Assembly: GCA_010093605.1 (NCBI GenBank)
Contig: MU004183.1
Coordinates: 496,001 to 560,000, forward strand
Reading direction: 5' to 3'
DNA: 64,000 nt
Origin: Lophium mytilinum
Taxonomy: Eukaryota
Of the stretch, positions 46,525 through 58,829 are shown one piece after another. The translations under genes were made by a program, and so were the position numbers. A model generated the notes under the pieces. It saw only the letters and a list, made by a program, of their open reading frames with translations, did not search any database and had not been told where the DNA came from. Position 1 is the first letter of the stretch, and each line of letters starts with the position of its first letter.

Positions 46525-49500
46525 ATGGCCCCGCCAGCGACAAAGAGGAGGAAGCTCAGCCATAGCGACAGCAGTGAGGACGAAGACACCGCAATGTCTG
46601 GCAGCAACAATTTTGCTGGGAACGGGTCCGGAGAAAGCGAGCCGTCCAGCGGGGATGAAGACCTCATGGAAGAACACGGCCATTACGGAGACGAAGACGC
46701 CTTAGGAAGCGAAGGCGAGGAAGGCGATGCCATTGAGGAAGATATACCGGTAGCGATCAAGAAAAGGAAGACCACCGGTCCAGAAAGTGTAGCAAAACTA
46801 CGGAAGGGAATCGACGACATACCACAGGACGGAGTGTACACCGCTGAAATATACAAGTCAAATCTCTTCAAGCTACAAGTAGATGAACTGCTGAAGCAAG
46901 TCAAACCGAGGTATGGAAAGAAGGAGGTCACAAACGCAATGCACGCGTTGAAGAGCATTATCGAGCAAATACCTAATCGCGAACCTCAGCTGGTATGATT
47001 ATGTACATAATTTCCTCCTATACCATACACTAACAGTTCGTAGGTTCACGACGCGGAAAAATCTCTTCTCAAATCAAGCAAAATTTCCACGCCATTCCCG
47101 TATCCACGACCACCAAAAGACGCAAAATACAAGCTAGAATATGAGAAGCCGGCAGGCATAAACGTGACGGGAAGCTATGTCCTGGAAATAGCAGCTAAGC
47201 ATGGCGATGAGCTTTCTATTGATCTTGTTGTTACTATGCCCAGTGTAAGCTGTTCCCTCGTCTATGAGATGAGGCCCTACCTAACACCTCGCAGTCTCTT
47301 TTTCAAGAAAAAGACTTCCTCAACTATCGATATTTCTATAAACGGGCCTACTACCTAGCCTGTATAGCTGCCGGTATTAAAGATTCTAAGGACCACAAAC
47401 TTGAAATACGTTTCGAAAGCTTGAATGGCAATTCTTTACAGCCAATTTTGGTTGTGCGACCAAGCAAAGGTATGGAAGCATCCAGCCTGTCATGACACAA
47501 TCTAATTAGCTTCAATAGATGCCGGCGGCGACCTTTCGGCCTCGAACTTTTGCATCAACATTCTTCTTACGCCTGGAGAGAAGGTTTTCTCGTCTGAGAA
47601 GCTTCTGCCGGAGAAGAACTGTGTACGGCCAAAGGGCTCTAACGACGAATCGTCTTCCAGATTGGTCCCAACGCCTTTCTACAATGCAACACTACAGGCG
47701 GATTGCTCCATCACAGCATACTTGAAAGTGCTCCATGCCGCATCGAAGCAGAGTGATGCGTACAAGGACGCTTGCATACTCGGGAGAGTATGGTTAAGGC
47801 AGCGCGGATTCCATGGCCACGTCCGCAAAGGGGGATTCGGCAACTTCGAATGGGCCGCCATTATGGCAATTCTTCTTCGGAGTAGCAGCGGTACCGGTGC
47901 ACCAATTCTCTCGGCCGGATACAGCAGCTACCAGCTGTTCAAAGCCACCATTCAATTTCTCGCGACTAGAGACTTGACCAAGATCCCGTTTGCGTTCGAG
48001 GCTGCCAGCATACCGTTACCAAAGACTGAAGGAATGCCTTATTTCTTTGACGGTGAACGGAGTGTCAATCTGTTGTTCAAAATGACAGCCTGGTCTTACA
48101 AAATGCTACGGAAGGAAGCAAAGAATACATTGAAATCCCTGGCAGACTCTACGTTCGACCAATTTGATTCCACCTTCATTCTCAAGGTTGAGTCCCCAAT
48201 GTACAGATACGATAGCATGCTCGAGCTTCCTCTCACCGAATTTGAGCAAGACACCAACCACGAAGACATCCGCCAAACTCTACCTCAGATTTGCAAAAAG
48301 TTGTATACTACTCTAACACGTGGTCTCGGCAATAGAATAACTTCTCTGTCGATAAGCCTTCCCGAGGAGACTGGTTGGCAAGTCAGCTCGTCTAGGCCCT
48401 TTGAAGATAGACAAGGCAGAATATTAATCGGACTCGAGACAGACCCGGCCAATTCTACAAGATTGGTGGATCATGGCCCTGCAGCTGAAAATAAAAAAGA
48501 AGCAGCCTCGTTTCGTCGCTTCTGGGGCGAGAAGTCTGAGCTCCGTCGTTTCAAAGATGGGAGCATCCTCGAGAGTCTAGTCTGGTCACAGAAAGACAGC
48601 AGTGGGACGATTGTGGAACAGATCATCAGGCACCTCGTGCAGCGGCATTTCAGCGCCAAGGTTGCAGATTCGGCAAAGTTTTTAGGTGACTCTTTCAACC
48701 GCCTGATCACTGCTGGCGGTTTGAGCGGGCAGTCTGGGACAATTCCTTTCCTGTCACTCATGACTGCTTTCTCTACTCTTGAAAAGGACATTCGAGGGTT
48801 AAAGAATCTTCCTCTCCAGATTCGGCACATTCTCTCCGCGGATTCCCAACTACGCTACTCTTCAATTGACCCACCCTTCAACGCTTCAGCGCAAATGAAA
48901 ATTCCCGCATCCATTGTCGTACAGTTTGAGGGATCTGGACGATGGCCTGACGACCTACTTGCTATTCAACGGACCAAGATTGCCTTCCTTCTCAAGCTCG
49001 CGGAACTTCTTTCCGGAGAAAACGCACAATACATCACCCGTGTCGGTCTTGAAAACACTTCCCAACCATCTCGAAATCAATCCTTCCTCGACATCATCAC
49101 TCCGTCGGGGGCAGCATTCCGTCTCCGCATTCATCACGACCGTGAAGCCTTCTTACTGGACCACCAACTAAAAGACAAACTATTGGACGGCCCAACTCGT
49201 GAAGCAACAGCCCACGCTCTAGCAGCTTACAAGCGCGACTTCCTCCGTATTCCAGCACACACACAAGCTATGCAAACCCTCTGTACTCGTTTCACTGCGC
49301 TCTCGCCCGCAATCCGGCTTACAAGGAAATGGTTTGCCTCCCACCTACTAACGTCCCATTTCGCTCCTGAGTTTATCGAACTCCTCGTCGCACGCTCCTT
49401 CCTCCAGCCTGCCCCTTGGACAACGCCATCATGCGCTACCACCGGCTTCCTACGCACGCTGTTCTGGCTCAGCCGGTGGGACTGGACTCACAGCCCACTA

Positions 49501-50271
49501 ATCGTCGATCTCGCCAACGCGGAAAGCGGCGCCGACAGCATGAAAGCCGACGACGTAGCGGCCATCACGACGCGCTTCGAAGCCTGGCGCCGCATCGATC
49601 GCGACCTGAACCGGGTCGTGCTCTTCGCAGCCTCGAATCTAGATCCAGACGGCACCACATGGACGGACCGAGCGAGGCCGGCCAAAGTCGTTGCGAGACG
49701 CATGACTGTGTTAGCTCAAGCTGCTGTAAGCGTTCTCAAGGACACCGAGCTCGGACTCGTTGCAGGCACGACTGGAGTCGTTGACTTCCAACCTGAAACT
49801 CTCTTCGCGGGCCCGTTGAGCGATTACAGTTTTGTGCTCCGTATCGCGCGGCCGTTTACCCGCTTTGGGCGCCCGAAGTCGGATGCGAAGGCCAGCAACG
49901 CCATGTTCAAGAACTTGCAGTTGCAGATGCAGTCGGAGGACAGGGATGTGGAGACGGTTGGGTATGCGCCTGTCAGCTTGTTCGTTGAGGAGCTGAGAGA
50001 AGTCTATGGGAACACGATTATCTGGTTTTACGACGAGGAGGGTGGGGATGTGGTGGCTGGGCTCTGGAACCCGATGGTGACGGGGAAGAGGGGGTGGAAG
50101 GTCAGGTTGGGGACGTCGACTGTGCCTGTTGTTGGCAATTCTAAGCCATCAAAAGGGAATGATGATGGAGGAGTGGATGTGATGATCAATAAGGGTGGGA
50201 TTCTGAACGAGATCACCAGATTGGGTGGGGATTTGATTGAGAAGACAGAGGTGTTTGATATCCAAAAGTGA
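46525..50271 (+). CDS. UTP22: U3 snoRNA-associated protein 22 (Nrap family); introns ~46993-47043, 47245-47294, 47470-47518
   Basis: KRRKL NLS and acidic N-terminus; SNLFKLQVDELL, KDFLNYRYFYKRAYYLA, PTPFYN, WLRQRGF..GGFGNFEW, FRRFWGEKSELRRFKDGSILES, FEGSGRWPDD, GFLRTL..LSRWDW. Confidence 0.95.
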
Positions 50272-50829
50272 TGGGCTGGTTTGCATAGCGGTAAGCGTTG
50301 GATGATTTATTTCAGATCAGTGCTTGTACGCCAATCACTCGGGAAGTTTACGAACAAAACTCAAGAAAAGTTTGAAGCAATTCATATGATCCCAGAACCT
50401 TCTTCTTATTTCAAATATCCGAAACATGAGTCAGTATCGGTCTCGAACATGCCTAATGTCCAGTCTCTTTTGGTATATCATCGCCGTGAGGCTTCAGATC
50501 AGAGCTTTGCAAAAAGCCGACATACTGCTTTAGCTTTCAAGATGAAAACATCAAGGCCACCGGTTGTAATTCCTTTGATATCTCTAAACCCTTCCTTCGT
50601 GCTTGGACGGAGCGTGCATTCACACGTAATCACCTCTACATCACATTGTTGGATTATAACAATCACCTACAGAAATCAATGCTAGTAGCAAGCAAGACCG
50701 CTCATGTTTAGATGCCACTTACGGGCTGCATTTAAACAGCTACAAAGATCGGTTGTTGCAAGATGAAATTGAACGAACCTTATCGAGTGTATGTAGCAGA
50801 GTAACATGTATAAATATTTTTTTAGGTGT

Positions 50830-51490
50830 AAGTTGGTGATGGTGTGACTTGGTCCATGCCTTTCACGTGCTGTGATGGGTCCGAAGAGTATAAAAACTTG
50901 GTTCGCGCTTTGCAAATTTCCTTTTCCGTGGAATCTGGTCTTAGGGTTGGTGGTGGAAGGGAAACTTGGTGGATTGATCAAAAGATCTGAATATTGGGTT
51001 ACATGGGGGGTGGTCGCGCCGGTGGCCAATCAAAAGGCGCGAAGCTCGAACTATATGGGTTTGGTTCCTCGAGTGTTGAGCGCCCGGATATGCTCTATCT
51101 GCGCGTAGCTGGTGATGCTACCTATCATTCGCCCCCGCCTCCTCTGATAAACATCGGCGGCTGCTTCTTGATATACACATACCCTCATTGACGATATCAG
51201 TTCCCATAGTCTGAAAGTATTGGCCAGCACCACCGAACGGTGATGAAGAAGCCTCGAAGACGCTCTTCCTCCGCACGCAGACACCATTCGGGGGTGTCAT
51301 CGTACTGTTTTTGATCTCCCACCGCAAGAACCTAGACCCTTAAACACAATGGTATTGATCACCGCGCCGCCTCCTCCCACTCAACAAGAACATGCAAGCT
51401 TGGGATCGGGGTTTTCCGTTACACAGCAACCCCAAGCCATCATTCGCAAATACATGAACTTTCAGGATTCCCATCCCCTTCCTCCATGCT
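50830..51490. repeat. Weak back-to-back arrays of the ~50-bp GATCAAAA/TTTTGATC unit
   Basis: GGATTGATCAAAA (GATC at 50976), CCAATCAAAA (51028), then inverse TTTTTGATCTCCCACC (51313) and TATTGATCACCGC (51357). Confidence 0.45.
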
Positions 51491-52049
51491 TATTCCTGGT
51501 CCGCGAGCGACGAGATTATATACCCATGTCCGGTCTACCTCACGTGGGCCACACGGGGTTCTAGTTTCGACCTCGTGACTAGAATAGTAGTACTGTATTC
51601 GGTCATAGATGGCGTCAAGTACCCTGCGTTCAAGGTAGGCCGTAGCATCTGATATTAGGCGGAAGATGAGCTAAACTACAGAAATGCACTCAAGTTTGCT
51701 ACCGTGATTGCCTACTGTAGATAGGCGTCATAATCTAACGCCTGGGAGGGGAGGGAGAGTATTACTGCTTGAAGTCTTTCGCCATTGATGTATTTCTTGA
51801 ATGTGACACGAAAAGCACACTCACCGGTGCTCGATTTTCCAGGAGCAGTCTACTAGAATCAGTTGATCCGATAGAGAACTGGACGAGCCCGACCAAATGC
51901 ATGCTTAGTTAACGAGATCACCTATTCTCCATCTCTACAATACCCTCCGCCTCTTCCGAGCGATAGCAATAATCATCTTTCGGTAAGAGCACCAACCACA
52001 TTTCCCCCGGATATCCGTCACTGAAAATTCACAACGGTGAGCTCCACCA

Positions 52050-52480
52050 GAGCCCAGATCTACCCCCTCCTCCCAGCCATGTGCCTTTTTTTGTTGCGAT
52101 TTTATCCTCCAGCTCTTCTCCTCCCACCCCCAGTCATAAGCTCAGAGACTTAAGCTTTTTGATCCACCACGCCGGCCTTCCAGCCATGGCATGACAATAC
52201 CCAGCCATTTTGATCCACCAATCCTCCCACGCTCCCCGCCTGGCCTTCACAAATAGCCGTGCTTTGATCCTCCACACCTTCCGACCATAGTTCTTTAGTC
52301 TGGTCTTTTTTGCTCCTCCACCATACCACCAGCCCATACTCCGTACTCATCCTCAAGTTTTGATCCCCCACACAACGCCGCAGTCATCAAGTCTTGCGCG
52401 ACCAGCTTTCGATCCACCACTCCACCCATGACAAGCTTTTTCGACGCCAGTTGTTGAACCCCACCCCCTCCAAACCTCCC
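52050..52480. repeat. Degenerate ~50-bp periodic array, unit TTTTGATCCACCAC-[C-rich]-CCAT
   Basis: Cores at 52161, 52212, 52266, 52312, 52362, 52411, 52456 (spacing 45-54), weaker ones at 52057 and 52103. Confidence 0.8.
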
Positions 52481-53494
52481 CTGATCTCCAGAAGCCAGGT
52501 CCAGAGCGCGGAGGTCTCGGTTCTTATAGTCGAGAAAAACGGAGAAAAACCAGAGAGCAGGTGAGACTGACGTGGCAAGGAGACGAAGCATGACCAGGGC
52601 AGTGACGTATGCATGTTGTGTGAAACCTACAGGTGATGCCTCGGTACGTAAACATGGAAGGGATCTACCTGACTATCGCCTTATCACCCCTTTCCCATAT
52701 CTTTAAAGATCCTACATGACTTGCCTGTCGCGATTGTGAACCCGAGAACGTGGAGAGTGTAGAAATACAGGCTGACGAATAACGCGAGGAGCAGAATACC
52801 GGAGAGGGCGAGGATGCTGAGGGTGGAGCTGCAGAAGAAAGGGCGGTGGGGGAAGGGGAGGTAAAGGTGATGGGTAGAGGAGATGGACCGGGATGGTCGA
52901 TGGTATGGCAAAGAGTCTGAGCCTTGAGACGCAGAAGTGCCCGCGGATTCTTTCAAAGAGGCTGTGGAAGTGTTGAATCGATGACGAGCAGATAGATATC
53001 AAGTCCGAAGAAGAAAACGTAAAGATACTTGTCCCAACGTCACAACCGCAATTACTCTCACCGCGATGATCACAGCACTCATCAGAGATCCCGCTACCTA
53101 CAAGCACGATAACGAGTCCCAGTCCAGCATTCTGAGTGAATTAGGCGCCCCGCAGCAAGAGAACACAAAGCTGAACCCGCAAACCGCAGGCATGCCATGC
53201 TAGCGCAGCCCCTCTACTATTCCTCGTCGCACGACCCCCAAAAGCCCGATTCGTATCTCTTGCGGCAGGTTAGTGATCATTGAACGATGCGAAAGAGCAT
53301 AGCTGGACAAGGGTGTTTTACTTACGCATCATGGGTGCGATGGGTGCATGTGACTGTCGAAGACGAGAATTCGGAGGTGCTGATTTGATAGAAAGCGGTG
53401 CAAAGGCAGAGTTGTAGGCCCTCCTGGTAAGGGTCTGGGACGGGCCACAGGGGAGGCAGGAGGTGTGGATGCGGGGTCATTGAATGACATTGAA

Positions 53495-53530
53495 GTTGGA
53501 TTTAGACTTAGGGTTGGATTTAGAGTTAGG
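53495..53530. repeat. 18-bp direct repeat x2 in a hexamer-periodic tract
   Basis: GTTGGATTTAGACTTAGG / GTTGGATTTAGAGTTAGG. Confidence 0.8.
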
Positions 53531-56500
53531 TGGACGTTGGAGTTAGGAGGCGAAGTTGGAGTGGAAGTTGAAATGGAGGTGGTGTCCGGGTAGGAGCTAT
53601 GAAATGGTGTTTATTCTTTTTGCTTTGGAAATGCTATTTTGCAGAGATCGTTTGAAGCCTTCTTCTGCATGATTTCTCAGGAGGGCTTGTGAATCTTGGG
53701 AGTCTATCAGTGGCCTCCTCCGCGAGTTTGAGGGAGCGGTCATTTGGCTTCCTCTGCCGAGCACTGCTGCTTGCTCAAGAACACATTACCATGCCAGCTT
53801 GCGATGTGGTGTAACGGCACTCAGATTCACGTCCCAAGCCATGCAAGAGGAACTCTTGGCCTTTCCGCCTCCGTGGCCGCAGAGCACGCGAGGACCCCCG
53901 GCCATATCATGTGTCAACTGACGCCTCCAAGATTCCTCGGAACGTCGCTGTACAACTTCGTTTCCTGCTCGCGGGCCAGGGAAGCCTAGACTCGAGGACG
54001 CTTAGACAGTGCCAAGGAGAGTTGGTTGCACGGGAAAGTGATGCATATGTTAGCCAAGAACAGGTGAATATGTTGTGTTACGCCCAAATCCTTTCCGCGG
54101 GCTGTCATAATAAGAAGCGGGGAGCAGATGGATGATGTGTCTGTTCTGGATTGGTGGTGCGGAAGGCAATATCATGAACCAGACTACTGCTTGAAACGAG
54201 GTATGCTGGGCGTCAGGTAGATAAGAATGTGTTACCACAAAACGTGCAGCTTTCTACTCTTGGCTATAGGAAACGAGGTCTTCTATCTGGAGACTTAGAC
54301 ATTGGTAGACCACAAGAGATATTGAGGGGATGCCTCGCAGAAGGGAACAGATATCGCAAATCGAGGCCGAAGAGGAGAAAACTAGCTGGAAAGCCAAAAT
54401 GATGAGCGGGGAAATATACTTTGCCAATGTTCGTTACGAAAGTCGGTGTGAAGGGCCGTTTGGTGGTCAGATAAACACGTATCCAATCCGAAAGTGATAG
54501 ACCTTCCCCGCCATGTCCAGAACATCAGTTGCCGGACTATTCTCGCCGGGATATTTCTCGATCACTGCTGCTGTCACGAAACCGATGTGTCTCCTTGTTG
54601 AGAGGGGGTGTCTAGTATGAATCGCAGATGCTTGTTGCATTCAAGTTCAGGGCATTTGTTTATCGTGAACCCCGCCAACTAGAGTACACAATAGAAAAGC
54701 TGCATGCTCCGCTGACCGCAGACTCTTGGAAGCGCTTGGCATGCAGCAATGCGTTCAATTCGTGATCGATAACAGGGTAAAGAAGTCTGAGAATCCGTGC
54801 TCAGTTCGTACGGGCTGACACGAAGGAGACACGGCAGCAGCTACGACGAGTAATGGGCGCATGAAACGAAGAAAGGCCGTTCGCAGGTGTGCGCGTGATG
54901 GCTAGACGTCCGCTGATCACGGGGCAGAGGCAGAAAAGAGGCGGATGGGCCCAGGAGCCAAGGCGCGGAGTTCATCTTGGCGCTGGAGCGGAGAGCGTAG
55001 ATTCGACGGGGGGACTAGCAGAGGGGAGACCCTGGCGAGGCAAGGCGACGTGCATGTGCAGGATGGCGTTGAGGCTGTGCTGCTAGCTGTCTCGATGCCG
55101 ATGGATCGAGGGATCGATGGATCGATGGTGGAACGGCGTCTCTGGCACATGCTTTGCAGCAGGGCAGATGGGTTCGCAGGTCGCTCGGTGATGGCGGAGT
55201 GGTCTGACAAGCTTCTCGCGTACTCATGAAAATTGCAGTCAAGCGTTACGTACCTGCTACCTCGATCCGAAATCCGGCAACTGGAGGGCGAATCCGGCGG
55301 CACAATTGGACAGATGGCCCGGGGCGCGTGCTTTTGTATTCAGCCAAAATGATGATTTTCGAATTTTCCCCGGGCGCAAGCATGATGAGATGTGACGGGG
55401 GGGCATATCTGACATGGGCTGTCTGCATGCGAATCTGCAGACGGCAAGCTTGCGGACCACGACGGCGCAAACGCCGTAAAACAGAACGTGTTTGCGCCGC
55501 CAGTTGCTCGCTGCGTGCTCGTTGGGCAGCAATATCGGGTTCGGCGCCATAGAGAGGGAAGGGATAGGGTTAGCCTTTTTGCGCCTGGCCCTACTCCTGG
55601 CCTTGCACCTGGCCGACACACCAGTCCTCTCACGCACCCTTGGAGGATCGTATGCATAGGAGGCCCTATTTGGCAAAGCAGAAGGGCGGGGAGAAAAACA
55701 TGGTGGTGGTGCGAGGCAGGATCAGACGAGTGCTTGATAAGGGGACGTTGGACGTTGGACGACGTCGAGGACATGCCGCTACGCCGCGCATCCTTCGCCC
55801 ACCTCCCTCCGCAAGGGGTTCCAGATGTCGCAGAAGTTCCCGTCTCGACTTCCACCGGGCTCCACGCCACAGGGAAGAGGGCTGCTGCACGGAGGGCGGA
55901 CTGGCGGGCGGGAGAGATAGCGCAGCCCCGGAGCCCAGCAACCAACAAGATGACGGCGCTCGGGAAAGGCCAGTCGATCCCCGTCGTGCCGCGCTGGTGG
56001 AATTAGCCCAAAGGAGGAGGCAACCTGGCCATCTTCCAGGCGTGCCTCTCAGGATCCCAGCCGGCTATAATCTCATCTCGGACGTCACTCCAGCGGCGTT
56101 AACGGATCCGCGCCGTTGCACAGTGCACACGGGCACAGAAAGCAAAGAGAGGGCTGTGATAGCGGCTGCGGGCCTATCAGGGGCGCACGTTGTACCCCTA
56201 TCGCTGGGGCGTGGTGTTGAGGCAGCTTGCGGTGAGGGTGTCTGCATATGGGGGCTCGGGATAGTGCGCCCACATGGCTCATGGGCTGGGCGGATGCAGT
56301 TTGGACGGTTCCGAGGCGGTGGATGTGGATCTGCCAAGGAGCGGCGAGCGACTCTAGCGTGTGTTTCGCGTGGCCTTTGCAGCTGGAGCGCTGACTCTCA
56401 AACCCCGTCACAGCCCTGGGCGTGGTGTTGAGCCCAAGATGCGACTGAGCTTTGCCTGGCTACCTTGCTGCATCGCTCCCGAGCGCCTGCTGACGACGGC

Positions 56501-57320
56501 CGTGGCCATGTGCTTAAGACGGTGCCCCCCCAGCGTGAAGGCGAGCCCGGTTTCTTCGATTCACCAGTCTCACCCCGTCTTCCACGTTGCTGCAGCGGCG
56601 AATTGTTTGTTCTAGTGCATTCCAAACTGGGAAGCTTTGTTGTCATCCATCCACCCCTCTGTGACTCCAACTCACCGGCCTTACCAAGCCCAGCCTGCTC
56701 ACCCACCTCGCTCATCCGCGGACAGCCTTTATCTCGACGTCGTCCGGCCTGCTTCCGCTGTCTCCCGTTTGCTCCCTCCTCGAATCACATCCAGCCACGA
56801 GCACGTGCCGCCATAGAGTTGCGCCGGCTGCTGCCCCGTCTGTCATCGCCCGTCAGCTAGCCGTCGAAGCTTACCTCGATTCGGGCCTATCAGCACTGCG
56901 TCTCGTCGTCGTGCATAACCCAGAAGTAGGCAGCTGCGAGGACGCACTCGTCGCGCAAGATAAGCCTGACCGTTACACCGTCTCGATCAGATACATAACC
57001 GCCCCACCGTCACCTGCTGTGTTTGAAACACCTGCCGTACAACTACACCAGCAACGTCCGTGTACAGAAGCGATCCCGACGTAATATCGCACCACAATTA
57101 CGACACTACCCAATCAATATTGCTACATTGGGATTCACTGAGCCAGCTTGTCCCCTACTCAAAACCAACTCTCATCAACAACCCTCAAGCTTAATCTTCT
57201 TCTCAACCACGACACCTCCACGCATCACACCATCATCACCCAAAACCTCAATACCGACCTCACCTACCCACCCCTCGCCCAAGACGTCTCCATCAAACTC
57301 CCACCTCACGCACCGCAAAC

Positions 57321-57893
57321 ATGTGCGTCGCCGAACTTAATGTCTCCCTTCTCCCCTGCCGCCACCGCTGGTATCATCTCGTGCGCCCCTGCACTCCCTC
57401 TGCCAACCTCTCCAATTGTGGCGACAAGCTCGCCCTCTCCGGCTGGGAGATCAAATGCGACTTCTGTCCCTACTGCTCCGGCTGGAACTTGACCAACTCC
57501 GAGTATCGCCTGGTTGGCAATGACCGCACGCCCTCCATCGGCGGCCTCTCCCGCTCCCCGAGTCTCTCCCTCTCATCAGCCAGGCGCGAATCTCGCCGCG
57601 GCAGTCTTGCCCGCACCGACAGTAGCACTAGTATCACTATGATGGCCGCCCAGGAGAAGAACCGCGCACTAAATGCCCGAGTTGATGCCTATCTACGCGT
57701 CACCCCCGAACACATGCCGGAGTCGAAGACCGGTGAAGACGAAGCCGACGGCGTTGGCGGCCCACAGAGCCTGAGCGACAGCGACAAGAGCGAGGGCCAG
57801 GGATCGTCTGCGCATAGCGAGACGAAGGGCTCTGGACTCTTCGGCAAGGGCTGGAAGAAGTCGAAGCGGTTCAGCAAGACACTATTCAAGTGA
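57321..57893 (+). CDS. Small hypothetical protein with N-terminal Cys/His cluster
   Basis: MC..PCRHRW..C..C..CDFCPYC followed by Ser/Arg-rich low-complexity tail; C-ending codon bias; AAACATG start after a CA-rich leader. Confidence 0.8.
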   Translation: MCVAELNVSLLPCRHRWYHLVRPCTPSANLSNCGDKLALSGWEIKCDFCPYCSGWNLTNSEYRLVGNDRTPSIGGLSRSPSLSLSSARRESRRGSLARTDSSTSITMMAAQEKNRALNARVDAYLRVTPEHMPESKTGEDEADGVGGPQSLSDSDKSEGQGSSAHSETKGSGLFGKGWKKSKRFSKTLFK

Positions 57894-58829
57894 TACGCTT
57901 TACAAGCAGAGAGTGCTGTCCTAACGATTGTGCTCTCTCACTCTACTCTCGGTTCATTCTTTCTCTCCTGTCTTTTGCCAGATCTGTTCTCCTCGGATTT
58001 CTTTCTTAGCGGATATACCCAGACTTGTTTTCATCTCAGCGCGCGGCATTGGAAGCGTATTGCTCTGCGGGGCGCTACGTCGAGGAAAAACAAACGAATG
58101 AATCATACTCTCGGCCGGGTTTTTCTCTTCCTCAAAAAGATTTCATGAAAAGCAAGGGCGACCTTCAATTCTGCTGGAGGTATTTGTGTTTTTCGGCGTT
58201 TTTCTGGAAAAATCGGCATGGGAAATGGGAATTGGTCCTGCTCTAGGATTCGGATATCGGGACCCCCGGGATGGGCTGGGTAAGCGCGATCGACCTCCTC
58301 CGGGACAGCCGGTTACGAGTACGTTACGAAGCGGACTCGGCTCGCTTTAGTATTTGTGTGGTTCCTGTCGCTACGAGAATCTGGGAATGGCTCTTGGTTT
58401 CCGGTGGCTATGTAGCGAGTGAATGGAACTCGATCTCACCTCTCATTCTGATCCGTATGCTATGACTGCAGTGCCGTTCTATCGATACAATCTTTCAACA
58501 CCTACAGGTAGAAAACCGAGAGGCTTTTCATCAAACCCATCCAGATTGTCTTCTCGCGCATCCATTCAGCTCACCCGTCTCTGCGTCCTATGTAAGCAGT
58601 TCGCGTATAATCACCGCCACCGCGGCCTCCCCTACCCTCCCTACCCCTCTCACCCTCATCACACGGCTTTCACGTGCCTGTCTCCACTCACCGCCTCCGC
58701 CTCGCACCCTGTCCACCTACCTCATCACGTGCCCTCCCTTCGTCCTCCCTTTCTTCCTGTATAAAACCTCTTCCTCCCAACCCCAAACTCGTCTCCAGAA
58801 AGACAGGACGGGGGGTCTTGAGCAGGCGG

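Noticed and set aside
52134..52337. Trp-rich ORF with WWIK repeats (and ORF 58999..59304)
   Set aside because: By-product of the DNA motif; unit spacing does not preserve one reading frame.
52050..52480. CRISPR array
   Set aside because: Repeat-plus-variable-spacer look, but repeats are short and degenerate, there are no cas genes and the context is eukaryotic.
53495..53530. Interstitial telomere
   Set aside because: Only one exact TTAGGG; better described as a local 18-bp duplication.
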